Shown: positions 18,738-28,347, counted from the stretch's first letter. The stretch is DNA of 64,000 nucleotides from Crocinitomicaceae bacterium (GCA_030830895.1 JAURMC010000004.1:40152-104151); one strand, 5' to 3'. The notes: generated by a model not told the origin, from the letters alone. Translations and numbers: made by a program.

Positions 18738-20369
18738 ATGTCAAATGCATTTTTTAATGTTCCCAAAGCCGTTAACGAACCAGTTAAATCATACGCTAAA
18801 GGATCCCTGGAGCGCGCTTCGCTGCTGAATATGTATGAGCTAATGTACAATCAGGACCCAATTGATGTTCCTATGTATATCGGCTCCAATGAAATTCGTA
18901 CAGATCGTAAAAAACGAATGGCGCCACCTCATGAACATTCAAAAACTTTGGGCTATTTCAATTATGGGGATGAGTCCCATGTGCGTGCCGCGATTGATGC
19001 AGCTCTAGAGGCGCGTAAAGCATGGGCTAATTTGCCTTGGCAAGATCGAGCCGCGGTATTCTTGAGAGCAGCAGACTTATTGGCGGGGCCTTTTAGAGAT
19101 CGTATGAATGCTTCAACGATGTTGGCACAATCTAAAAATGTGTTTCAGGCTGAAATTGATGCTGCGTGTGAGCTAATCGATTTCTTCCGATTTAATGTGC
19201 AATTCATGACTCAAATTTACAATGAACAACCTGAGTCCATGCCGGGCATGTGGAATCGTTTAGAGTATCGCCCTTTGGAAGGTTTTGTATTCGCAGTTAC
19301 TCCATTTAATTTCACCTCAATCGCAGCAAATTTATGCGCCGCACCGGCAATGATGGGCAATGTTGTGGTTTGGAAACCCGCTGAAACCCAAGTGTATTCC
19401 GCCCATGTGATTATGGAATTATTAAAGGAGGCGGGCCTACCTGATGGCGTTATTAATATGATTACTGTTGATGGACCATTGGCGGGAGAAATGGTATTTA
19501 GCCATAAAGAATTCGCAGGGTTACATTTTACAGGATCTACAGCAGTATTTCGATCCTTATGGAAAACGATAGGGTCTAACTTAGATAAGTATAGAAGTTA
19601 TCCGCGAATAGTAGGCGAAACGGGAGGCAAGGATTTTGTGGTTGCTCATGCCTCTGCAAATCCATTGGAGGTAGCTACGGCATTAGCTCGTGGAGCATTT
19701 GAATTCCAAGGTCAAAAATGTTCTGCTGCTTCACGCGCGTACATTTCTTCTTCCATATGGCCAGCCGTTAAAAAATCATTAGTGGAGCAAGTTGGTTCCT
19801 TCAATATAGGAAGCCCCGGGGTCATTTCTAATTTCATTAATGCAGTTATTGATGAGCGTGCCTTCGATAAAATTGCGGCTTATATTGATTATTGTAATGT
19901 GCAGTCTGATGCAGAAATCATCGCAGGAGGAACCTATGACAAAAGCACTGGATATTACATTAATCCAACTGTTGTGGTTACTACCAATCCAATGTTTAGG
20001 ACAATGGTCGAAGAAATTTTCGGTCCGGTATTAACCATTTTTGTGTTTGAAGACAACCAATTTGAAGAAACACTGAACTTGGTTGATGAAACCTCAGAAT
20101 ATGCACTAACGGGTTCAATAATGGCTAAAGATCGCTATGCAATAGAACGCGCAACCAAGGCATTAGAAAATGCAGCCGGTAATTTTTATATTAATGATAA
20201 ACCTACGGGTGCTGTTGTCGGACAGCAACCTTTTGGCGGGGCGAGAGGTTCAGGGACAAACGATAAAGCAGGAGCTGTTATGAATTTAGTGCGATGGGTT
20301 TCTGCTCGAACAATTAAGGAGACATTTGTTACTCCAACTGATTACCGGTATCCATTTTTATCACAATAA
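18738..20369 (+). CDS. pruA: L-glutamate gamma-semialdehyde (1-pyrroline-5-carboxylate) dehydrogenase
   Basis: 543-aa ALDH-superfamily protein with GETGGKDF (catalytic Glu) and FQGQKCSAASR (catalytic Cys), the characteristic P5CDH spacing. Confidence 0.9.
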   Translation: MSNAFFNVPKAVNEPVKSYAKGSLERASLLNMYELMYNQDPIDVPMYIGSNEIRTDRKKRMAPPHEHSKTLGYFNYGDESHVRAAIDAALEARKAWANLPWQDRAAVFLRAADLLAGPFRDRMNASTMLAQSKNVFQAEIDAACELIDFFRFNVQFMTQIYNEQPESMPGMWNRLEYRPLEGFVFAVTPFNFTSIAANLCAAPAMMGNVVVWKPAETQVYSAHVIMELLKEAGLPDGVINMITVDGPLAGEMVFSHKEFAGLHFTGSTAVFRSLWKTIGSNLDKYRSYPRIVGETGGKDFVVAHASANPLEVATALARGAFEFQGQKCSAASRAYISSSIWPAVKKSLVEQVGSFNIGSPGVISNFINAVIDERAFDKIAAYIDYCNVQSDAEIIAGGTYDKSTGYYINPTVVVTTNPMFRTMVEEIFGPVLTIFVFEDNQFEETLNLVDETSEYALTGSIMAKDRYAIERATKALENAAGNFYINDKPTGAVVGQQPFGGARGSGTNDKAGAVMNLVRWVSARTIKETFVTPTDYRYPFLSQ

Positions 20370-20402
20370 CGTAACCATTTAAACTGTTCGAATTATTCTC
20401 CC

Positions 20403-21044
20403 ATGTTTCGCATCATCCTTATTTTATCGCTGGCATTATTGAGTGCATCTATCCAATGGCAATCAGCAGGCACCGAAATTAATTGGAGGTATGTATTTGT
20501 TGGCATGCGACCTGAGTTTATGCCTGAAGAAATTAAAGCGGCTAGCAAAGACCCGATATTCGCCATTCCCTTAGACCTTTTAGGAAAGATCCCTGAATCA
20601 GGAACAGTAATCCTTGTTGATTTTCGATTACCATCAAGCAGTAAAAGGCTTTGGGTAGTAAGTAATAAAAAAGTACTCGTACATTGCAGAGTGGCGCATG
20701 GTAAAAATTCTGGAGAAATAGTAACCGAACACTTCAGTAACACTGCTGAGACAGGTATGAGTTGTATTGGAGCTTTTATTACAGGTAAGATTTATACAGG
20801 CGAAAAAGGTTTGGCCATGCGTTTGCACGGGTTAATCCCTGGGGTGAATGATAACGCATATGCTCGAGGAATAGTTTTTCACGGAGGCTCCTATGTTTCT
20901 TCCTCCTTTCTTGCACAACACGGAAGGATTGGCCGAAGTTTGGGCTGTTTTGTCACGGAGCCAAGTTATAATAAGCGTATTATAAGGCTGTGTCGTTTCG
21001 GAGCTAAGATGTATGTTTCAGGCCATCAACCCGTGAAATTTTAG
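20403..21044 (+). CDS. Murein L,D-transpeptidase catalytic-domain (YkuD_2-like) family protein
   Basis: VAHGKNSG...FSNTAETGMSCIGAFITG...LHGLIPGVNDNAYARGIVFHGGSYV...GRSLGCF (catalytic His/Cys context). Confidence 0.75.
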   Translation: MFRIILILSLALLSASIQWQSAGTEINWRYVFVGMRPEFMPEEIKAASKDPIFAIPLDLLGKIPESGTVILVDFRLPSSSKRLWVVSNKKVLVHCRVAHGKNSGEIVTEHFSNTAETGMSCIGAFITGKIYTGEKGLAMRLHGLIPGVNDNAYARGIVFHGGSYVSSSFLAQHGRIGRSLGCFVTEPSYNKRIIRLCRFGAKMYVSGHQPVKF

Positions 21045-21089
21045 CAGGGCTAAATATGTATTTCATACAGAAATTTGTATTTTTAAACT

Positions 21090-21884
21090 ATGCTAACGAA
21101 ACTTGCCGACGGTACTCCAATCCATTGCATTAAAAAGCCCGAGGCTCGTATGCTTGACCATCATGTCAACGGATATCTTCAACATGGAATTCAAATTAAT
21201 CCAGGAGATATTGTGTTTGATGTTGGTGCCAATGTGGGGGTTTTTGGCGTTAGAGTACTTCAAAAAGCTTCTGAAGTAATAGTCTTTTGTTTTGAGCCAA
21301 TTCCTGAAATTGCTAATGCGCTTAGGGCTAATGCCAACCTCCATGGTAATGGAAGAATGGTCGTGATCCAAGAGGGTATCTCAAACCAACCAGGTGAAGC
21401 AACCTTTACCTATTTCCCAAATACACCGGCATTGTCTACTGCTCACCCGGAACAATGGGATGAGAATCCAAATGCGTTTAAAGAAGCAGTAAAAAGTACC
21501 ATGAAGAATCCACCAGAAAGTATGCGTTGGATGCGGTGGATTCCTAATGTCTTTTCGGGGTTGATTGCTAAATATTTAGTTAAAGGCAGACATACCGTTA
21601 CATGCAAATTAACCACCATTGCCAAAGTGATTGAAACGCACAAATTAGATCGAATTGATTTAATGAAAATTGATTGTGAAGGGGCAGAATGGGATGCTTT
21701 GATGGGAATTGGTGATGAACACTGGGCGAAAATCAAATCCTTGGTAATAGAAGTACATGATGAAGACGGGAGGCTCGACCAAGTAAAGCAATTACTAATT
21801 GATCATGGATTTACAAATCAGGTGGTAGAGCAGGAAGAGGGCTTAGAGAATTCAAAAATGTATAACCTTTTTGCACTCCGATGA
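21090..21884 (+). CDS. FkbM family methyltransferase
   Basis: FDVGANVGVFG SAM-binding motif, FEP and IDCEGAEW motifs typical of FkbM. Confidence 0.8.
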   Translation: MLTKLADGTPIHCIKKPEARMLDHHVNGYLQHGIQINPGDIVFDVGANVGVFGVRVLQKASEVIVFCFEPIPEIANALRANANLHGNGRMVVIQEGISNQPGEATFTYFPNTPALSTAHPEQWDENPNAFKEAVKSTMKNPPESMRWMRWIPNVFSGLIAKYLVKGRHTVTCKLTTIAKVIETHKLDRIDLMKIDCEGAEWDALMGIGDEHWAKIKSLVIEVHDEDGRLDQVKQLLIDHGFTNQVVEQEEGLENSKMYNLFALR

Positions 21885-22576
21885 ACGCTCTAATCTTTAG
21901 CTTGTTAATCATTGCGTTGTTATTAGTGAACAACCTATTTGGCTTAGGTTATTCTTTAGTATTAATCTACACAGATTGGTTAAAGAAATATCGTATTCAA
22001 GATAAAAAGTATCAGAAAGGGATTTTTTTTAAAAGAATGCCTTTGTATTTGCTAAATTTTTCGACGTTATTTTTGTTAGCTGGCGTAGGGTCTTATTTAA
22101 TTTTTCCGTTGCTGGAAACAAAATGGTCAACTTGGTGGATAATAGCACTCCAAGTATTAGGAATTTTTTTAATAGAAGATGTGTTCTTTTATTTTTACCA
22201 TCGCTTATTGCATATGAATAAATTTCTTTTGGGTAAAATTCATTCCATTCATCACCGCGCAAGTCCACCATTTCCACTCGAATATCTATATAACCATCCT
22301 CTTGAATGGATGCTTGGTTTTATCGGCCCAGTGCTAGGATTTTTAGTGGTTGGCATTTTTTCGCCGATTTCTATTTTTACCATGCTTATCTTTGGGGCTA
22401 TTCGTAATTTACGTGAGATTCACCTACATTCCGATTTGAATCTCCCCATCTTAAGTAAAATCCCGCTGATTTCTAAAACCAAACATCACGACGATCATCA
22501 TTCCTATTTGGAGGGCAACTATTCTTCAATTTTTGTTTGGTGGGATAAAATTTTTAAAACTGAATTGCCTGATTAG
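21881..22576 (+). CDS. Fatty acid hydroxylase / sterol desaturase family membrane protein
   Basis: Three histidine boxes (HRLLH, HSIHHR, HHDDHH) in a multi-TM protein. ATGA overlap with the FkbM gene. Confidence 0.85.
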   Translation: MNALIFSLLIIALLLVNNLFGLGYSLVLIYTDWLKKYRIQDKKYQKGIFFKRMPLYLLNFSTLFLLAGVGSYLIFPLLETKWSTWWIIALQVLGIFLIEDVFFYFYHRLLHMNKFLLGKIHSIHHRASPPFPLEYLYNHPLEWMLGFIGPVLGFLVVGIFSPISIFTMLIFGAIRNLREIHLHSDLNLPILSKIPLISKTKHHDDHHSYLEGNYSSIFVWWDKIFKTELPD

Positions 22577-22577
22577 T

Positions 22578-23012
22578 ATGCGGTTTGATGTATTAATTTT
22601 ATTTGCTTTTTTAATGCTTTCGGTATGTCCAATTCCGGCTAAGAGGAAATCGTTTAATTTAACCGTCAAAGTCACTGGAATTGTTGGTATTAAAGGGATG
22701 GTTGAATTTGGACTGTTTGATGATCCAAATAAATATGCAACAGTAGGTGGAACATGTCGTCAGATTAGAAAGAAAACTACCGGTAGTGAGGTTAGTTGTA
22801 CCTTTTATAATTTACCAGAAAAAAAATATGGGGTTTGTATTTATCATGATGAAAACAATAATAATAAGTGCGATAAGAATTTTTTTGGCATTCCAACAGA
22901 AGGATATGGTTTTTCAAACAATAAAAAACCTTTGTTATCAATCCCATCCTTTGAGGACTGTGCGGTAAACCTAATTTCAGATAAAGAAATTTCTATAAAA
23001 GTACTTTATTAG
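22578..23012 (+). CDS. DUF2141 domain-containing protein
   Basis: Signal peptide from the Met at 22578. VCIYHDENNNNKCDKNFFGIPTEGYGFSNN is the DUF2141 hallmark. Starts 1 nt after the upstream stop. Confidence 0.8.
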   Translation: MRFDVLILFAFLMLSVCPIPAKRKSFNLTVKVTGIVGIKGMVEFGLFDDPNKYATVGGTCRQIRKKTTGSEVSCTFYNLPEKKYGVCIYHDENNNNKCDKNFFGIPTEGYGFSNNKKPLLSIPSFEDCAVNLISDKEISIKVLY

Positions 23013-23057
23013 AATTGCTGTGATACCTTTTAATTTCAAACAATAAATACATCATCT

Positions 23058-24098
23058 ATGAAATTCATTATTCCTTTATGTATCTTTTCGGTTAATTTAT
23101 TCATCGGTCAAATTCGCGAATCAAGAAAAATTATTATCATTAATAATACCGATACAACTATTTTGTCGACCGATACAAAATCTATAGATTCCTTGATTGA
23201 AATCAATATGAAATCTATGTATGGAATTGGGTCAGAAATTAATCGTGGAACAAAAGATGTGCGCATTGAAGTATTCATTGATTCTGTCTTTGCAGGAATG
23301 GAACAAGCCACAATTAGTGTAGAGGAACCCCGAGATACCATGCGATTTAAAATAGGAAATAAGCGGATTGTGGTCGTAGATAAAGAAAATACTAGCACTA
23401 AGGATAATCGGAAAATTATCATTGATGAGGATGTGACCATTAGGAATGATAGAAATCCTGAAAATAAAACGGATGATATTGCCACTTGGGCTGGATTTGG
23501 AATGGGTTTGAATAGTTTCTTAAATGCAAATAATGGGTTTGCGGCGGAGGCTGATGCACCTTTTTTAATGCTCGATTATGCCAAATGCTTAAATTTTCAA
23601 TTTAATATATTGGAAAAAAGAATTCCAATTTTCAAAGAGTACTTCGGTGTTACCACAGGCCTCGGATTTCAATGGAATAATTATGGTTTAATAAAGAATA
23701 TTGATGTTTTTGCCAACGCAGATTCAATCTATGCGCTCAATAACTTATCGGTAAATTACAGCAAGAATGTGCTGCGATCTGCCTACATTCAAATTCCAAT
23801 GTTGCTTGAATTTAATTCAACTAAAAATGTATCCAATAATTGGCACCTAAGTCTTGGGGTAGTTGGTGGCGTTAGAATTGCCTCCAGTTGGAAGACGAAA
23901 TGGGAAGTTGATGGCAAACCCCTAAAAGCAAAAACGAAGGATGATTTTAATTTCAATTCGTTGTCGGCTAATGCTTATGCACAAATTGGATATGGTAACA
24001 TAGGGGTATTCATACAATATGGCTTGACTAATGTTTTTAGAAAGGGAAAAGGCCCTGAATTGCGTCCCGTATCAGGGGGGGTAGTTTTTAACTTTTAA
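23058..24098 (+). CDS. Outer-membrane beta-barrel protein; C-terminal module is paralogous to that of the 2694..3740 product
   Basis: Signal peptide, unknown roughly 140-aa N-domain, then WAGFGMGLNSFL...RIPIFKEYFGVTTGLGF...IQIPMLLEF...GGVVFNF. This aligns block by block with the C-terminal half of 2694..3740. Confidence 0.6.
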   Translation: MKFIIPLCIFSVNLFIGQIRESRKIIIINNTDTTILSTDTKSIDSLIEINMKSMYGIGSEINRGTKDVRIEVFIDSVFAGMEQATISVEEPRDTMRFKIGNKRIVVVDKENTSTKDNRKIIIDEDVTIRNDRNPENKTDDIATWAGFGMGLNSFLNANNGFAAEADAPFLMLDYAKCLNFQFNILEKRIPIFKEYFGVTTGLGFQWNNYGLIKNIDVFANADSIYALNNLSVNYSKNVLRSAYIQIPMLLEFNSTKNVSNNWHLSLGVVGGVRIASSWKTKWEVDGKPLKAKTKDDFNFNSLSANAYAQIGYGNIGVFIQYGLTNVFRKGKGPELRPVSGGVVFNF

Positions 24099-24685
24099 CC
24101 GTGAATCGTATGGTCATTGCCATACGATTTCATGAGCGTAGCTTCAAACTCGAGAAGGTCATCCCAACGTTGGTCTACATCAATACCATGGCTATATTTC
24201 CTGGCGAACCCTAAAAATGTCGTATAGTGTCTTGCCTCACTTTCCATTAATGACCGATAAAACAAGCGTAATTCTTCAGAGGTAAGTGATTCAGATAATA
24301 ATTTAAATCGTTCACAACTTCGGGCCTCAATAATCGCTGCGAATAACATTTTATTTACAAATAGCCCTTCGGGAGAACTGTTTGTTTTATTTCGCCTCAA
24401 GTATTTGGAAATATCATTAACATAGGGGTCCTTACGTTCGAATCCTAGCTTTAACCCCAGGGCTAATATTTTTTCATGAACCATGTTAAAATGCTCCATT
24501 TCCTCTAGGCAAATGTCCGTCATCGCCTTAACTAGATCTGGATACATTGGATACTGTACAATGATTGAGATTGCATTGCTTGCTGCTTTTTGCTCACAGT
24601 AGGCATGGTCAGTTAAAATCTCTTCTATATTTTTTTCTGCCACATCCTTCCATCGAGGGTCTGTAGCCATCTTTAACCCCAACAT
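24095..24685 (-). CDS. miaE: tRNA-(ms2io6A37)-hydroxylase MiaE
   Basis: 196-aa ferritin-like di-iron protein with TDPRWKDVAEKNIEEILTDHAYCEQKAA...EEMEHF...ESEARH. Confidence 0.8.
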   Translation of the reverse strand: MLGLKMATDPRWKDVAEKNIEEILTDHAYCEQKAASNAISIIVQYPMYPDLVKAMTDICLEEMEHFNMVHEKILALGLKLGFERKDPYVNDISKYLRRNKTNSSPEGLFVNKMLFAAIIEARSCERFKLLSESLTSEELRLFYRSLMESEARHYTTFLGFARKYSHGIDVDQRWDDLLEFEATLMKSYGNDHTIHG

Positions 24686-24750
24686 GTTTATCTTTTTTAC
24701 AAAGTTAATTCATGAACCTATCAATTTCCAAGGTTTTATTATTTTTGAAG

Positions 24751-25797
24751 ATGACTCACATTAAGCGCAGATCTTTTCTTAAATCAACCCTTGCGCTGTC
24801 TGCGATTTCTGTTCTGCCTAATAATCTGAGTGCATTTCGGGAAAATAACTCTCCTCTAAATGAATCATTTACAGCGCTATATCCTACACGATTGACAAAA
24901 GGAGATACGGTTGTGATAATGGGGTTAGCGGGGGCAGTTAGAGACCAAAAAGTCGTTGTAGATTTCAAAGAAATTCTAGAAAAACAGGGATTTGTTGTTC
25001 TTATTGGGCAAACTGTCTATAAAACTTTTGGATACTTATCTGGAACGGATGATGAACGAGCGAATGAGTTTAATCACTTTGTTTCTGACACACAGGTAAA
25101 GGCAATATTTTTTATAAAAGGAGGATGGGGTTGTGGTCGGGTGCTTGATAAAATTAATTACGAGCAGCTTAAAAATAATCCAAAAATCATTCTGGGGTTT
25201 AGTGACTTGACCAGCCTCTTAAACGCCATTTATCACAAAACAGGACTTGTAACATTCCATGGTCCAACAGGTAACTCAAGCTGGGATTCATTTTCGCTGA
25301 ATTCGTTTATGGATATGGTAAGTCGTAGAGGTCTTTCTTTACAGAAACCAGTAATTCGTCAATTACAAGTTTTTTCAGTTTTACGTGCTGGCAAAGCTTC
25401 TGGGACTTTGATTGGCGGGAATTTGACCGTGTTTTGTTCTTTGCTCGGGACGCCCTATTTTCCATCGTGCAGTGGTAAAATTTTATTCCTTGAAGACACA
25501 CATGAAGAACCGTATCGAATTGACCGGATGCTAAATTCACTGAGATTAGCGGGCGTTTTTGATCAAGTTTCTGGGCTTATTTTTGGACAATTTAATGATT
25601 GTAAAGCCGAGAAACCAAACGAATCTTTCACTTTAGAAGAAGTCGTACAGCATCAATTAAATGAGTACGCTTTTCCTGTGATTTGGGGAGCGCCCATCGG
25701 CCATATTAAAGATAAATGGACCCTTCCGATTGGTGTTGAAGCCCATATGAATACAGATGACCTCGCCCTGAAACTTATACGACCTGCAGTTAGCTGA
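24751..25797 (+). CDS. LD-carboxypeptidase (peptidase S66) with a Tat-type signal
   Basis: RRSFLKS twin-arginine motif. GFSDLT serine nucleophile, and E...H (GAPIGH) at the C-terminus. Start placed at the Met at 24751. Confidence 0.8.
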   Translation: MTHIKRRSFLKSTLALSAISVLPNNLSAFRENNSPLNESFTALYPTRLTKGDTVVIMGLAGAVRDQKVVVDFKEILEKQGFVVLIGQTVYKTFGYLSGTDDERANEFNHFVSDTQVKAIFFIKGGWGCGRVLDKINYEQLKNNPKIILGFSDLTSLLNAIYHKTGLVTFHGPTGNSSWDSFSLNSFMDMVSRRGLSLQKPVIRQLQVFSVLRAGKASGTLIGGNLTVFCSLLGTPYFPSCSGKILFLEDTHEEPYRIDRMLNSLRLAGVFDQVSGLIFGQFNDCKAEKPNESFTLEEVVQHQLNEYAFPVIWGAPIGHIKDKWTLPIGVEAHMNTDDLALKLIRPAVS

Positions 25798-25813
25798 CTT
25801 CATTAATCCATCG

Positions 25814-25821
25814 TATATTTG
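25814..25821 (+). promoter_or_regulatory. Putative -7 promoter box (TATATTTG)
   Basis: TAnnTTTG match 14 nt upstream of the ATG at 25836. Confidence 0.35.
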
Positions 25822-25835
25822 CGTAGATTTAGTTT

Positions 25836-27884
25836 ATGAATAAAGACTTACTATTAAAGGCTTATTCTTTGATGTGCGACTCCAAGCATATTACGGAAAT
25901 ACTTGAAGCGAATAAAGAAATAACTTCTAAGTATGTGCATGCAACGTCCCGAGGTCATGAAGCCGTTCAAATTGCGTTGGGCTTAAATCTAGAACCAAGG
26001 GATTGGGTATCACCTTATTACAGGGATGATAGTATCCTGTTGAGTATAGGAATGTCCCCTGAATCTCTGCTACTACAAGTTTTTGCAAAAAAAAACGATC
26101 CCTTTTCAGGAGGGAGAACCTATTATTCGCATCCGTCACTAAATGAAAGTGATAAGCCTAAGATTATTCATCAATCTTCAGCTACGGGTATGCAAGCAAT
26201 TCCAACCACCGGAATAGCGCTAGGTATACAATACAAAGAAAAGATGAATTTATTTGCCGAAACAGAATTAGGTGGAGTAGTGGTCTGTTCACTCGGAGAT
26301 GCATCATGTACCGAAGGAGAAGTTTCAGAAGCGCTGCAGATGGCAACCCTCAAACAGCTCCCAATCATCTTTTTTGTGCAAGACAATGGTTGGGACATCT
26401 CAGCCAATGCCGCAGAAACAAGGGCGCAAAATATTGCAGAATATTGCAAAGGATTAAATGGATTAGAAATCGTGTCAATTGATGGTTCTGATTTTGAAGC
26501 CTGTTACAACGAATTAAATCGAATCATTGCCACGATTCGCAGTGAACGCAGGCCCTTTGTTTTTCATGCAAAGGTACCTTTGCTCGGCCATCATACCTCA
26601 GGGGTAAGAAAAGAATGGTATCGCGATGATTTAGAAGAGGCTGCCTCACAAGACCCATTCCCTAAGCTCAAAAAGGCGTGTGAAATAGCAGGAATTGGCT
26701 TAGCAGATCTTATTTTAACGGAAAGCAATTCTAGGAAAAAAGTTGAGCAGGCCTACACAGCGGCTATAGCTGAGGAAGATCCAGACCCAAATTCGATTCA
26801 AGACTTTATTTTTGCCCCAACCCCGATAACCGAAGAACAAGGAATTCGTGAACCCAAAGGGAAAAAGAAAACCGTAATGGTTGATTCTGCATTGTTTGCA
26901 GTGCGGGAAATCATGAAAGAGAATCCAGAGGCATTATTATATGGACAAGATGTTGGGCGTCGATTAGGGGGGGTATTTCGTGAAGCCGCAACCTTGGCAG
27001 AACATTTTGGAGATCACCGCGTATTTAACACCCCAATTCAAGAGGCGTTTATTATAGGTTCGACGGTGGGAATGTCTGCGGTAGGATTAAAACCAATCGT
27101 TGAAGTTCAGTTTGCAGACTATATCTGGCCGGGATTAAATCAATTGTTTACTGAAGTTTCGCGAAGTTATTATTTATCCAATGGAAAGTGGCCAGTAAGC
27201 GCAGTGATTCGTGTTCCAATTGGTGCATATGGTTCCGGGGGTCCTTATCACTCCTCTAGCGTAGAATCAGTTCTAGTCAATATTCGTGGTATAAAGGTGG
27301 TTTACCCATCTACAGGAGCAGATTTGAAGGGGCTCATGAAGGCCGCGTTTTACGACCCTAATCCGGTGATTCTTCTTGAACATAAAGGGCTTTACTGGTC
27401 TAAGATTCCAGGAACAGAAGGCGCTATGTCTATTGAGCCCGATGAGCATTATGTGATTCCGATTGGAAAGGGTCGCACCATACAAGAAGCAAGTCAAGAT
27501 TATATTAATGCGGGGGATTCAGTAGGAGTGGTTACATACGGAAGAGGGGTATATTGGACGCTCGAAGCAAGTAAAACATATTCCCAACAGGTTGAAATTC
27601 TTGATTTACGCTCCTTGAACCCTATCGATGAGGAAGCGATGTTTGCCTTAGCGAGACGCCATGGAAAAGTGATGGTGGTTTCTGAAGAATCTACCGAATG
27701 TACTTTTGGATTGAGTTTATTAGGAAGGATTCAACAACATTGTTTTCAATTCTTAGATGCACCCATTGCATTGATAGGTTCGGTAGATACTCCTGCCATT
27801 CCATTGAATTCAGATTTAGAAGCATCTATTTTGCCAAATGCACAGAAGGTAGAAGCAGGATTACGCCAATTATTAAATCATTAA
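25836..27884 (+). CDS. Fused alpha/beta E1 component of a 2-oxoacid (alpha-ketoacid) dehydrogenase, TPP-dependent
   Basis: 682 aa. The alpha-like half carries the TPP motif GDASCTEGEVSEALQMA...FFVQDNGW. The beta-like half carries NTPIQEAFIIGSTVGMS and FADYIWP. Confidence 0.85.
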   Translation: MNKDLLLKAYSLMCDSKHITEILEANKEITSKYVHATSRGHEAVQIALGLNLEPRDWVSPYYRDDSILLSIGMSPESLLLQVFAKKNDPFSGGRTYYSHPSLNESDKPKIIHQSSATGMQAIPTTGIALGIQYKEKMNLFAETELGGVVVCSLGDASCTEGEVSEALQMATLKQLPIIFFVQDNGWDISANAAETRAQNIAEYCKGLNGLEIVSIDGSDFEACYNELNRIIATIRSERRPFVFHAKVPLLGHHTSGVRKEWYRDDLEEAASQDPFPKLKKACEIAGIGLADLILTESNSRKKVEQAYTAAIAEEDPDPNSIQDFIFAPTPITEEQGIREPKGKKKTVMVDSALFAVREIMKENPEALLYGQDVGRRLGGVFREAATLAEHFGDHRVFNTPIQEAFIIGSTVGMSAVGLKPIVEVQFADYIWPGLNQLFTEVSRSYYLSNGKWPVSAVIRVPIGAYGSGGPYHSSSVESVLVNIRGIKVVYPSTGADLKGLMKAAFYDPNPVILLEHKGLYWSKIPGTEGAMSIEPDEHYVIPIGKGRTIQEASQDYINAGDSVGVVTYGRGVYWTLEASKTYSQQVEILDLRSLNPIDEEAMFALARRHGKVMVVSEESTECTFGLSLLGRIQQHCFQFLDAPIALIGSVDTPAIPLNSDLEASILPNAQKVEAGLRQLLNH

Positions 27885-27886
27885 TT

Positions 27887-28276
27887 ATGGAATTTAAAGA
27901 AATTGTCCAACACGTAGCAACCTTTCACAATTCGTTTGGCATCGAGAATAATCAAGTGCCAACGTTGTTGGATGATGCAGCCTCTTCCTTACGCTTTGAA
28001 TTAATGAAGGAAGAAAACGAAGAGTACTTAGAGGCAACTAAAAATGGTAACATAGTAGAAATTGCTGATGCTTTGGGAGATCAATTATACATCCTTTGCG
28101 GTACGCTTTTACGCCATGGCCTGCATCACAAGATTGAAGAAGTGTTTATGGAAATACAACGCTCCAACATGAGTAAGCTTGATATCGATGGGAAACCTAT
28201 TTATCGAGAAGATGGCAAAGTGTTGAAATCGGCACTTTATTTTAAACCAGACATACAAAAAATTCTAAACCCGTGA
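27887..28276 (+). CDS. MazG-like nucleoside triphosphate pyrophosphohydrolase family protein
   Basis: EExEE...EIADALGDQLY four-helix MazG-type motif. The N-terminal extension in the ORF track overlaps the E1 gene, so the ATG at 27887 (2 nt after the E1 stop) is preferred. Confidence 0.7.
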   Translation: MEFKEIVQHVATFHNSFGIENNQVPTLLDDAASSLRFELMKEENEEYLEATKNGNIVEIADALGDQLYILCGTLLRHGLHHKIEEVFMEIQRSNMSKLDIDGKPIYREDGKVLKSALYFKPDIQKILNP

Positions 28277-28339
28277 GTTATTCACGTTGGTATATGGAAT
28301 AAAATTGAAAGACGTCTGTTTCCCGTTTTCGAATGGGGA

Positions 28340-28347
28340 TAACTTTG
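28340..28347 (+). promoter_or_regulatory. Putative -7 promoter box (TAACTTTG)
   Basis: TAnnTTTG match 13 nt upstream of the ATG at 28361. Confidence 0.35.

Noticed and set aside
24075-24081. G7 homopolymers at 24075-24081 (OM barrel gene) and 26967-26973 (E1 gene), considered as phase-variation tracts.
   Set aside because: Both are simply GGG-GGG-G codons for Gly-Gly-Val inside conserved protein blocks. One sits in a housekeeping enzyme, and nothing suggests length variability.
24740-24747. TAnnTTTG matches 3-4 nt upstream of the ATGs of the LD-carboxypeptidase (24740-24747) and radA (55139-55146) genes.
   Set aside because: They are too close to the start codons to serve as -7 boxes for those starts. 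This shows that the motif arises by chance in AT-rich spacers, which is why all promoter calls carry low confidence.
27698-27886. N-terminal 63-codon extension of the MazG-like ORF overlapping the E1 gene.
   Set aside because: The extension overlaps the conserved C-terminus of the E1 protein in another frame and looks non-protein-like. An ATG at 27887, 2 nt after the E1 stop, gives a normal MazG-type N-terminus.
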